From contig CATNEN010000038.1 of assembly GCA_950097015.1 (NCBI GenBank), forward strand, positions 7,812,001 through 7,876,000: a DNA stretch of 64,000 nt, given 5' to 3'. Positions within the stretch are counted from its first letter, which is position 1. Each line of letters opens with the position of its first letter. The DNA comes from Macrostomum hystrix (Eukaryota; Animalia; Platyhelminthes). The notes under the pieces were generated by a model. The model was not told the origin of the DNA and made no database searches. It saw only the letters and a program-made list of their open reading frames with translations. The position numbers and the translations under genes were made by a program. This document shows, in pieces, positions 51,094 through 62,899 of this stretch.

Positions 51094-54000
51094 ATGCACC
51101 AGCATCATCCGCAGTCCGACGACAGCTGCCAGGATGAGGCTGATGAATCGCCAGCCTCGGCAGCTGGGGGGCGCTCGGCTAGCAGGCGTTTCGTAGAAAC
51201 TGTCGTCAGCAGCGCCGCTGGCGACGTCAGTGGCGCTCACACCGCCTGCCGGCGCAGCAGTCGGCGAAATCCTCTTCGCTGCAATGTCGAGTCAACCCAA
51301 TCGATCAACTCCTCCGCCGGCTCGTCGCGCCCTCAGCGTCGCCTGGCGATGCCGTCGTCACCTTCGCCGTCGGCTTCTTCGTCGACGACAGGCGCCCAGC
51401 AATCTAGGTATGTCGCTAATCGGCGATGCAACGATCAAGACGAAGATGACGAAGAGGAGGAAGAAGAAGAAGACATGGCGAACCCATCCGAGGCTTCGGA
51501 GGCTTTCAGCGCTGCCAGCGTCAACAACGATGGCGACGGCGATGAAGACGATGGCGAGGGCGACGAGTATGAAAAAGATGAAAACGAAGACGACGATGGT
51601 GACGAAGATTATGAACAGGAAGATGAGGACGAGGAGGATATGGGCGACGAGGAGCGGGGCAACCCGGCTTCGGCGACTTCTCGATCTCGACGACGAACTG
51701 AATCAACGAAGGCTACAAATTCGACAACCGCGGCGACGCAGTCTACCGTTTGCGGCGGAGGCGGCGTCGGTGATGGCGTTGCTGGTTCGCGCAGCCTTCG
51801 ACTTCGCAATCGACGCCGGCAGCTGCGGCTGAGCCGGGCCGCCGGTGTGAAGCGTCGGTCCGACTCGGTCGATTCGGAGAACGAGGCGTCTTCGGGCGAC
51901 AGGTTTGTGCCAGAACAGAAATAAAGCAGAACATTTATTTGTTTAGAATAGCCTCTATAGCATTGTCTGTACATTTACAGCGTTTACGAGTCAGCTTATC
52001 AAGCAAGCAGCCAGCTGCAGCAGCAGCAACAACAGCAGGAGCAACAACAGCTGTGCTGTTTCTGCAACCTATCAGATTGCAACACAACATTTGGCCAGGG
52101 GGACATGACTCGTTTTCGGCTGCCACCTAACTTTTCCACCCAATTGGCGGCTAGCAAGCGTCCAGCAGCAGCAGCAGCTGGAGCCATGGAAGACGACAAT
52201 TGCTGCCTAGATGTTGTCCGCCGGCGCCGGGAAGGCCAGCCTGTGGAGTCCTCGCGTCCCGGCGTGCCGAATCCTTGGCTGGACGCCGACGGCCGGCCCT
52301 ACGGCCTAGTGCACGAGCTGGGCCGAGTTGGACACGCCGAGGTGCCCGATTTGGCCAAGCTGGTCGACGCCGACGGCGGTGCCTGGGCTCATCACTGCTG
52401 CGCCGCCTGGTCTCCGGAGGTGGTGATGAACGCGGCTGGCGAGCTGGAAAATGTCGACAGGGCCCTCGCCAACGGCCTCGGCCAGAGGTGCTCATTTTGC
52501 AAACGACTCGGCGCCAGCCTGCCCTGCTGCGCCAACAGATGCGCCAAGCGATACCACTTTGTGTGCGCTGCTGCTGCCGGTTGCTTCCAGGTGAGTGTCT
52601 TTATCAGAGACTAACTGTGACAGTGACTGACTGTCTGTATCAGTGGCTGATTGTCTGTATCATTTACTGACTGTCTGTGACAGTGACTGACTGTCTGTAT
52701 CAGTGGCTGACTGTCTGTATCAGTGGCTGATTGTCTGTATCATTTACTGACTGTCTGTATCAGTGACTGACTGTCTGTATCAGTGGCTGACTGTCTGTAT
52801 CAGTGGCTGACTGTATCAGTGGCTGACTGTATCAGTGGCTGACTGTATCAGTGGCTGACTGTATCAGTAGCTGACTGTATCAGTGGCTGACTGTATCAGT
52901 GGCTGACTGTATCAGTGGCTGACTGTATCAGTGGCTAACTGTATCAGTGGCTGACTGTATCAGTGGCTGACTGTATCAGTGGCTGACTGTATCAGTGGCT
53001 GACTGTCGCACCTACCCCCGCACCACAGGACTACCGCACACTGCGCCTGTGGTGCTGGGACCACCTGGCCCAGGCGGACACCTCGGACGAGCATGCCATG
53101 TGCTACGTGTGCGACAAGGCACTACCGGATCTCGGCGACCTGCTGTACTGCACGGCCTGTGGCCAGCACTACCACGCCAGCTGCTTGGATCCGCGCGTCA
53201 CCCTCAGCCCCACAGTGCGAGTCGGCTGGCAATGCCCCGACTGCAAGGCCTGCCTGCACTGCGGCGAGAACAAAAACGAAGAGAAATTATTAATCTGCGA
53301 TGTCTGCGACAAGGCGTTCCACACCTACTGCCTGAAGCCGGCGATGCGCTGCATTCCCCGCAGCGGCTGGAAGTGCACCCGCTGCCGCGTCTGCTTCGAC
53401 TGCGGAGCCCGCAGCCTCGGAAGCTGCAACAGCCTCGGCGGCGGTGGCGACAGCTCCGGCCGTGTCGCTGTCCGCTGGCATGCGAACTACACGCAGTGCG
53501 ATCGCTGCCACCACGCTGCCAGGACTCGGCAACAGCAGCCCCAGCTTCCACAGCAGCGTCAGCGTCGACCGTCGGCATCTCCGACACCATCAGACGCTTC
53601 ATTATCGTCGTCTTCAACTTCGACGGCTGTTAAGAAGAAGCGCCGTCGTGTATCAGCTTCGTCAAATGCCACAACAGCTGCCACCGTGCAGCAGCCCATG
53701 CCGCCTCCACCCGCGCCTCCGCCACCGTCGCAGCAACAGCAGCAACAGCCACAACAGCAGCAACCAGTCGCATTAACCCGATCAGCTTCTGGCGTCCGGC
53801 TGAACCAACCAAGTCAGCAGCAGCAACAGCAGCCGCTCCAGTCGACACAGTCAGCAGCAGTTGGAATCAAGCCACCAAGAAAGTCGACTCTCACAGCTGC
53901 CGATGCTGCTGAATGCGCCTTCGACAAGGATGATCATCCCATCACTGTGGTTGTCTGCCGACAGCCGGATGAGACTTTTTTCTGCTCGCAAGATGTCTGT

Positions 54001-57000
54001 ATCGCGTGCGGCTCCGTTGGGCAGGACCAGTCGCAGGCTCTGCTTTGCTGCTCACAATGCGGCCAGTGCTATCACACTTTCTGCGCTGGCGTGTCCAAGC
54101 TGGCCCAGGTGAGTGACACCTGCTCTGGCTGATTCGATGATAGTTATCCCATAGCTAGACAGTTTGGAATTAGAATTTTCTGGCTAATCCCATTGCTAGG
54201 CAATGACCCATTAAAATAAAAAATCTTTGGTTTATTAAAAAGTGAAATATTTTATTGGCATAATTATGTATCTCATTAAGATAAAATAAAACAAAACGTT
54301 TTAAGAAAATCCTTTTCGTCCTACGTAGTCAATGAAAATACAGCGAATTAAAATCCATTAAAATCAAGGTGATGGCTGACAAAGGCTGGCGCTGCTTTGA
54401 TTGCACAGTTTGCGAAGGCTGTGGCAAGAGCAACCGGGAGTCGCTACTGTTGCTATGCGACGATTGCGACATTTCCTATCACACCTTCTGCCTAGACCCG
54501 CCCCTGACTGAGGTGCCCAAGGGTGCCTGGAAGTGCCGGCACTGCGTTGTCTGTAACCTGTGCGGCAGTCGTTCGCCTGGCTATAACTGCTCCTGGCAGC
54601 ACAATTTCAGCCGCTGCGGTCCGTGCCATTCGCATTTTGCCTGCCCGCTGTGCACTGCCCAATACAGGGAGGGCGACCTTCTAGTCCATTGCGCCCAATG
54701 CAACAGGTGGGGCCACGCCCTGTGCGACGGCTTAGGCAGCGAGGCTGAGGCAGAATTGGCTACAGACCTGGGCTACCTATGCTATTACTGCCGCGGCCAG
54801 GTACCTCTGCGCCTACCTGGCGGACAGCTGGACTCAGCCACCGCTGTCGCTGATAACACAGCCGCTGTAAAGCTGTTCTTCATGGACGGTGTGGTAGTGT
54901 CCGAGATCGGGATGCTGCTCATTAGAGGAGCTATGCTCAAACTGCCCGCTAAGCAGGCTGGACAGCATCAGCCCCTGCAGCAGCTGCCGGCTATTGAAGC
55001 TCAGCCGTCACAGACAGCCGCCAGCGCCACCGAGGCCAAGCGGAAGCCCAACAACCTCGGCGTTGGCGGCTTCCGGCCCAGGCAGCAGCGAGGACGACAG
55101 CCGGCCCTGCCACCGCCGCCGCAGCCACCGCCTTATTCAGCACCTCCATCGCATCAGCAGCATGAGCCACGCATGCCTTATCAGCAGCAGCAGCAGCAGC
55201 CGGGCTTCGCTCGACTGCAGCAGCATCTCTCAGTTCCTCCGCATGACAGGCCGGTGATGCCCAATTATCAGCAGCAGCAGCAGCCTCCTACGCCAATAAA
55301 GAAGCGTGGACCGCGTAGGCGAATAGGTGACATTGAGGAGACTTATCCCGACTATCTCATGGAGGCGTTCCTCGGTCGGCCGTTTCTAACCGGTGGTAAT
55401 GCCACCACAGCCGCCACTGCAGCGCCCGCGCTTGCTGCCTCAGCCGCCGCTGCCGCCACTCCTTCAGCTGGCGCTAACTCGGCTCCCGGCAGCGGCACTG
55501 TTGCCCAACGCCTGGCTGCTCCCGATAGCTCCGCCACCGCCTCACATCTAGCAGCTGAGCCGGCTTCCGCTGCCACAACTGTTGCAGCTTCTAAAAGTAC
55601 AGAAGCTGACCCGGCTGGCGAAGACTCCGACGAAACTCGCTCCGTTGACGACTTGATGAGTCCGCCAACTATGACAGCCGCTGCCGCCGCTGCGGCCGCC
55701 TCCGCTTCAGCTTCCGCAGCTGATGCTAGCGAGAAAATTGCCGCTGATGAAGCCGAAGCTGATCGCGACGATCTCGGCGACATAATCCCGGATGTCGGTG
55801 GCGTCGGTGTTGTTGACGACGATGACGAAGATTTGTTCACCATCCTGCGAGAGGACATGCGCAGCGTCAGCATCCGACGATCCGACATTCTGCCCCCGCC
55901 TTCGCAGCAGCAGCCGGCGCCTCCGCCTCCTCCACCATCGTCAGCGGCAGGAACATCGGCCGTCTCAGCTGCCGCCGAAGACGATCTAGACATTGACAAC
56001 CTGGATCCCAGCCTTACGCAGCTCTGCTGCGATCACACCACAGTCCAGGACGTCATCAAAGGCCTCGGTGGACCGGCGTCGCATCAACAGCAGCCGGCCC
56101 CGCCTCAGTCTTCGTCAGCAGCCGCGCCGACACTTTCGCTGGGAGCGCATCTGGTGCAACCGTCTGGCATGTTTCAGCAGCAGCAGCAGCAAAGTGCCGC
56201 TGACGATCCCACAGCCGCTAAGCGCAGGTTGAACAATCTTCGCTTCATCGAAGACGAAAGTCTCGGCGATCGGGCTACGGTGGCCTCCATTCTTTACGCT
56301 AATCAGCGCGCGCCGAACCTGCGCCAGCAGGTGGCTAATAGCGAGGAGCGCTCGCGTCAAGTGAATAAGCTGTGGCGCAAGCTGCCACCAGAGGAGCGTC
56401 ATCATTGGGTTGTAAGTCTGGTCCCTAAAATATTAATAAATGCAGATAAAGTCTGAATGTGCTTTTTAACATTTCATCTGAACTTTTTTATTTGCACAGG
56501 TAATGGCTCGCGCCAACAAGGCGGAGCTGCGCCCGCAGCAGCAGCAGCAGCAGCAGTCGCTCAAAACTCCATCGCATGACAACTCGGCTGCCTCGTCATC
56601 TTCGTCGACCGCTAACCAGCTGCCGAACGCGCCAACCTCGCTGTCCTCCTCTTCGTCCCCTTCGCTGTCATCGTCTTTAGATTGTCAGCAGCAACAGCAG
56701 CAGCAGCAGCATCATCAGCATACCGGACTAACTGGGGTATGATAAAGATAAGCTCTTGTAATAATAATTGCAGGAAGGCTGCTAAAATGGCACACTATTT
56801 GGAGACACTAGACCCACTGCCAGCGTGGAGGAAATTCTGCCCATTTCGCTGACTCCTGTGCACACACGCACACAGATACTGTACGCAGGCACACACTCAC
56901 ACAGGTGTGTACATCTGCCCTGACTTTCTTATCTTCAGGCAGTGCACACTTTCACCGTGCCTCGGAGGTTGGCCCTCAAGGGCATACATTGCACAACAAG

Positions 57001-60000
57001 CCTCCCAAGCCTTCTCTCCGCGGCTGCGCCCCAAATTAATGTGGTTTTGCCGCGGAATCGAGCTCAGGGACCTTGGTGCGAGAGGCAAACGCATTAGACC
57101 TCTCTGCCACTCACCCCCTCCCCAACTGGGGTATGAAAATGTTATTAAATAAGGTTATCAATAACTGCGGTACAAGTTTTTGTGTATTGTTTTATATGGG
57201 ATTGGTATGCTTGATTCTCCAATCTCAGCATAATTAGTTAAAGCCTTCTAGCAAGATGCATAATTCATCATTGATTCATCCAGCTATAAAATGCGTGCTA
57301 GCATTAGCTTGGGATAGAAATTTGTTGGGTGTCGCAGTCCAGTACATGGACTGAACAGCTATATGCAGCCTTTCAACCTGGCTGTACGTCTGGGCAGACT
57401 GCGTTTAGTGTTGAAGAATCACTGTTGCAGGGTTGTCTTTCACCGCAAATCTGCGCCTTGCAGTCAGCTGACTCAGTCGGGGCAGTTGCCAATCAGGACT
57501 TTGACACCGACAAGCGAAGCCACTTGCGAGAAATCATTGCCAGACAGTCTATGGAGCGCCAGATACAGAAGACCATGCTGATAACTGGCCAGCAGCAGCA
57601 GCAGCAGCAGTCACCAAGTTTGCATCAGCCACAAAGTCAGCAGCCATGGCTAACTAGGCCTACATTATCTCTACCTATGCAGTGCGGTGAGCAGATATGC
57701 TGCCTGCTAATTGTTTGCTACTGCTTTTTATTTTCCCCGCGAGATAAGTTCAAGCTGGCACGCACACGCTACTAACAATCTCATTTTAGGAACAGAGGTG
57801 CCTCCGGGTATGGCTGCCGTGCAGTTTAGCCCCGCTAAGTGGGTTCCTCAGGTAAATATTGCTCTGATTTTCCGAAATAAATGTCACTGTTTCGCAATTT
57901 TTATTCTGACTTCTGATTTGCCTTTTTTCACAGTTTATGCGACCGACATCAGCCGCAGCATTCGCGCCCGTCTTGCTGCAGCAACCGCAGAGACCCTACC
58001 AGCAACAGCAGCAGCAACAGTTCCACTTGACATCGGCTCTTTATCGGCCCACCCCGGGCGTTGCTTCGCCACAGTTCGCTTCGAGTCTGTCAGCATCGAA
58101 TTCGGCTCCATCTTCGGCATTGTCCGCTGCTCTTTTGAGGTCTCATGCGCCAGCATCCATTACCTTGCAGCAGCCGCAGCATCAGCAGCAGCAGCAGCTT
58201 CAAGCCTCCACAACTGTCTCCTGTGGCCTGGCTGCAAGTTACGCTTCATTTTCAGCTTTGAATGTTGCCAAAAGCGAGGAAGGCGGGGTTGGCTCAGTAT
58301 CTAGCTCTGGCGCCAATGTCCTGGAGATATGCAAACCCTCTACTTCTATTAGCGGCAGCGACGCATGTGTACAGTCCAGCTCTGGCTTAGAGAATACCAA
58401 TCCTAACGCCGAAGCTGTGGCTCCTAATTCTCAGGGATCCACCGCCAACAGTAGTGATTCTGCCTGTGATGTCAAATTAGATTCTAAACAGAGCTTGGCT
58501 TTGCAGAGCTATGATGCGGGCAATGAAAGCTGCAGAACAGATGACAAAGCACAGGATAAGGTTAGTTTAGAACAACCCGGAACTGTGAACTGCGACACAG
58601 ATGACGAATCAGAGGAGAAGTCAAAATCAGAGCCTCAAAGGTGCGAACCAGGTAGCGGAAACTGCGGCACAGATGACGAATCAGAGGAGAAGTCAAAATC
58701 AGAGCCTCAAAGGTGCGAACCAGGTAGCGGAAACTGCGGCACAGATGACGAATCAGAGGAGAAGTCAAAATCAGAGCCTCAAAGGTGCGAACCAGGTAGC
58801 GGAAACTGCGGCACAGATGACGAATCAGAGGAGAAGTCAAAATCAGAGCCTCAAAGGTGCGAACCAGGTAGCGGAAACTGCGGCACAGATGACGAATCAG
58901 AGGAGAAGTCAAAATCAGAGCCTCAAAGGTGCGAACCAGGTAGCGGAAACTGCGGCACAGATGACGAATCAGAGGAGAAGTCAAAATCTGAACCTCAAAG
59001 GTGCGAACCAGGTAGCGGAAACTGCGGCACAGATGACGAATCAGAGGAGAAGACAAAATCTGAACCTCAAAGGTGCGAACCAGGAAGTGGTAACTGCGGC
59101 ACAGATGACGAATCAGAGGAGAAGACAAAATCAGAGCCTCAAAGGTGCGAACCAGGAAGTGGTAACTGCGGCACAGATGATGAGGATGATCAGGCAGCTA
59201 AATCAGACCCTCAAAGGTGCGAACCAGGAAGTGGAAACTGCGGCGCCGATGATGAGGATGATCAGGCATCCAATCAGAAGAAGTGTGTGCCTGGTAGCGG
59301 TAATTGTGGCACAGTCGATGAAGAGGAAGAAAACGCGCAATCCAACACAAAGAAGTGCAATTCTGGCAGTGTTAACTACGTAACGGATAACGATTTAGAC
59401 ACAACTTTGAATTCAAAATCCTACAAACCAATTAATGAAAGTTGCCTCACTAGCCTAAAGACTAGTGGAATCAGTGCAAAAGTAAAGCCTGAGTATGAGC
59501 CTGGTAGCAATAACTTGAGCTCTGATGGTTCAGCTGGTGACGACGAGTTGTCTAAAGCTTCAAATCCACAAAAATCATCGAGTGCGAATGCAAACTGCCA
59601 CGCATCAGACAATCCTGAAAATGAGAGTCAGTCGTTGCCTACAAGGCCAGTTCTTGAAACTAAGGTTTGTGAGCCTGAAGGTGGCGCAAATATGCTGAGT
59701 TCAGTTAATCTAAACTGCGAAGCTACGAAGCACAACTGCACTCATGATGCAAGCAATCCTTCAGTTGTAGGAAATTTCAACTATGTTAACTGCAAAACCA
59801 GTAGTGAGAGCTGTAGTACGGTTGCTGCTTCGGTGACTCCGGCCTACGCATTATCTGCTGCAGGCGCGTCTGCTACTGGCGCTCTTGACAGCTATGCCTC
59901 TATTGATGCTGCTCCTAAAAATCTTACGAATCGTGCTGCTACTGAGGATCAGAAGGATGTTTCTGTGACCGCAAATTGTGCAGCTGTCATCATGACTCAG

Positions 60001-62800
60001 TCATCGCTAATTTCCCTAGCTCAGGTAGAAGCACCAGCTCAGCGATGCTCTCCACCAATGTCGTCTGCTGCCTTGCTCACTGGTCAGGTGAGGCAACTGC
60101 TGACGAATGTCGATTGCAAGGATGATTCTGCATCAGCGACCAGCGCCACTGTCACTTCGTTGAATGCTGCAGAAGAAAAAAAGCCGAACGAGTCCGTTTT
60201 CGAATCGAACAAAAGCCAGACAGTGCCCTCCACAAATCAACAAGAGAAGGAGCAGCTGCATGATCCGGAGCATCAGCAATCTGCAGCGCAATTGCAAAGT
60301 AGCCTTGACGATGTTATCTCAAGTGTAATTGCTGACTCCAGCAATTATAAGGCGCCTTTGCAACCGCCTTCATCATTAGCATCCTCTTCCGCTGCTCCTC
60401 CTGCGAATTCGCCAGCTGCTGTGCCAAATCAGCCAGCTCAGCGCCAGGGTCTTGTATCAATTTCTGCAGACGAGGTCGACATGCTGCTGGGCAATGAGCA
60501 GCTGGCTAAACCTCAGCCACAGATACTGCCGCCGCAGATTCCGCAGCTGCGTCCGACGATGCAGCCGCCACCAGCGGCAGGCTTTGTTATAGCACCTCCG
60601 CATCCCCATCCGCCCCAGCATCCGCCGCCTCATCCGCATCCGCCACCGCATTTTTATTATAATCAGTGGCGTGGCCCAGCAATGCGACCGCCAACCATTC
60701 AGCAACAGCCGCTGGCTCTGCCACCACATATGCCCGCTCCGCAGTCGGACGCGATGCTGGCCCCTATGGCCCCGCATCCCAACTATCAGCGGCTAAACCT
60801 TGAAGCCCAGCTAAAGGACATTGAAGTGAGGCTGGCCGCTAAACGAAAGATCAAGAAAAACCTAAACGCCAAGGGTCGAACGGTAAGTCGAATGCGAAGA
60901 AAATGCGAATTTTCGTATTAGGATAAACAAAAAAGCTCTAAAGACAGTGGGCAGAGCCTATATTCGCAATCACTCCCGCAGGCCAAAAAGAACAACATTG
61001 CGCTAAGCCGGCAGGACCAGGTCGAAGCGCAGCAGGTTGGCGACGAGATCAAGCGGCTCAGCCAGGAGTCCGATAATTTGCGCGCTCTTTTAAAGGATGG
61101 CAGCGGCGTCAACCAGTGGCCAGCCGGGAGCAGCAGACCGCCGTCAGCGATACCTCCACCACCGTCGCCTCAGCAGCAGCAGCAGCAGCAGCCATCTTTA
61201 TTGCGCTTTCATCAGCACCAGCCCCAGATTACAGCAGGTGATAATAATCCCTTTAGCGAGGCCTTCCAGCGGCAGCTAATGCAACAGCAGCAGCAGCAGC
61301 AGCAGCAGGATGGCAGCGGCATGCGAACATGCTATCAGCAATTGCCAGATCAGCAGCAGCAGCAGCCGCTGCAGTCTCCGCACATGCAGCCCCAACCGTT
61401 TGCTGCGGCCCGTCTACTTGTCCAGGGCCCGCCAACTGGCTTTCCACGCCCGCTGTCCTACCCATCCTACATGGTGGCCGCGGCTCCGGGGCCTTCGCAG
61501 TCTCTGCCCGACCATCATCTGCACCAGAACTTGCATCCTCAGTTTCATCGTCCGCCACCGCCGCAGAATTTTCACACTCAGCAGCATCCGCAGCTGCAGC
61601 AGCCGCCGCCGCAACAGCTTTTGCACTTTCAGCCGGCCGCTCAGCGAGCTTTTCATCAGCAGCAGCCGCAGAAGCTGCTACAAAATCTGCCTGCGCCGGG
61701 CACTCTCCGATGTGAGTATAGACTCACAAAGTCTGCATTTTTTGTCTGATCAGAAACATGCCAAATAGGCGGGTCAGTGGCAGACCGGTTAACGTGTTTG
61801 CCTCTCGCACCAAGGTGCTTGAGCTCTATTCCGCGGCGAGGCCACATTCATTTGGGGCGCAGTCGTGGAAAGAAGGATTGGGGGCTTGTTGTAAAATTTA
61901 CACCATTTAGGGCCAACCTCGAGCTCCAAGGCACAGTGACGATAAGAAATTCAGGGCTGGGGAAATTCAGGGATGTTCACTCTACTGTGCCCTGGCACAG
62001 TGAAATGTACACTGCCTGACGATGAGAAAGTCAGGGCAGATGTACACACCTGTGTGAGCGTACGTCTGCGTACAGTGTCTGTGTGCGAGTGTGCTCAGGA
62101 GTCAGCGAAATGGGCAGAATTGACTCCTCGTTGGCTCCTCGTTAGTGTTACCGAATGTTGTGCCGTTGCCCGCAGCCCTCCTGCAGTTATTATTATTTAT
62201 TATTATCCTGTAAAGTGTCAGCGTAAGCCAAGTATTAATTCACGAGAGCATTCTAAACAGTCAGTTTTTGTTCCTAATTGCGCATCAGCTGACACGGAGC
62301 CGCCGAGATCCGTGGGACTCCTGCCGCAGCAGCAGCCTCTGTCGGTGTCCATCAGCGTGGCGGCTCCCGCTTCCAACACTGCGACAAGTTCAATAGCTTC
62401 GGCAGCTTCTGCCACTCCGGCGGAAGCTGCGACAACCGATGCTCCGGCAGTTCCAATGTCTGATGAGAGCATCGGCAAGCTGAACGACACTTTCGACACT
62501 GTGTTGCGCAATTCAGACTCCAACACAGCCGCCTACCTCGCCGATCCATCTAAGGCTGACGTACTAGACAAGTTTCATCGGCAGAACGCGGCCGGCGCTA
62601 CGTCGCCAGCTGTTGGCGCTGCTGCGGCCAAGAAGAAACGCGGCGACAAGGCGACGCCGACTAATTTAACTCCGCCATTGGCTGGCGCCTTTTCTCCTGC
62701 CGCCGGTTTTATCGATGGCAGCGCCTACGACAGTTTAAAGCAGCGGCTGGCTGAGCAGAGACTGGCTGGGCCCATGCGAACACTGCTACAGGATCCCAAG
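51094..62800 (+). CDS. KMT2C: Histone-lysine N-methyltransferase KMT2C/D (MLL3/4)-like, N-terminal and central part; continues past the window. Exons 51094-51902, 51981-52590, 53029-54108, 54369-56411, 56500-56736, 57464-57686, 57790-57851, 57934-60882, 60982-61711, 62289-62800
   Basis: ePHD (CCFCN...[42 protein letters not shown]); tandem PHDs ([30 protein letters not shown]); second PHD cluster ([58 protein letters not shown]); LGVGGF; [14 protein letters not shown]; [17 protein letters not shown]; HMG-like KLWRK...ARANKA; LREII; [13 protein letters not shown]. All joins are GT-AG and in phase. The start ATG is inferred and the SET domain is not in the window. Confidence 0.95.
52612..53005. 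repeat. Intronic minisatellite, 20-bp then 16-bp unit (CAGTGGCTGACTGT[CTGT]AT)
   Basis: Tandem repetition filling intron 52591-53028. Confidence 0.97.
56759..57120 (-). mobile_element. tRNA-derived SINE copy 4 (full length), intronic
   Basis: Reverse complement: A-box TGGCAGAGAGGTCTAATGCG, B-box-like GAGCTCGATTCC, shared body, (TTA)n tail; flanked by AACTGGGGTATGA at 56730-56742 and 57124-57136. Confidence 0.88.
58575..59330 (+). repeat. Coding minisatellite, 72-bp / 24-aa unit ([24 protein letters not shown]), ~10 copies, in the large KMT2C/D exon
   Basis: In-frame tandem repeat; TCAGAGGAGA at 58609, 58681 and onward. Confidence 0.96.
61768..62206 (+). mobile_element. tRNA-derived SINE copy 5 (full length with internal insertion), intronic
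   Basis: GGCGGGTCAGTGGCAGACCGGTTAACGTG...GAGCTCTATTCC head; body collinear with copy 4; (TTA)n tail. Confidence 0.88.
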
Positions 62801-62899
62801 GTGGGTGTTTTGGGATTCACCGAGTTGATTTAGCAGGTATCTCAAGTAACGTTTCAGGTATGGGTAGTTGGGATTATTCGGGATAGGGTTGGGGATTTC

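Noticed and set aside
57040-57120. Functional tRNA gene
   Set aside because: A/B boxes are present but no clean cloverleaf forms, and the sequence continues into a repeated body with a (TTA)n tail, so it is a SINE head.
62003-62125. Hammerhead ribozyme in the SINE (CTGACGA-TGA-GAAA, or CTCAGGA-GTCAGC-GAAA)
   Set aside because: The first has no room for stem II, the second lacks the CUGA core, and the core bases are not conserved among copies; a simple hairpin explains it.
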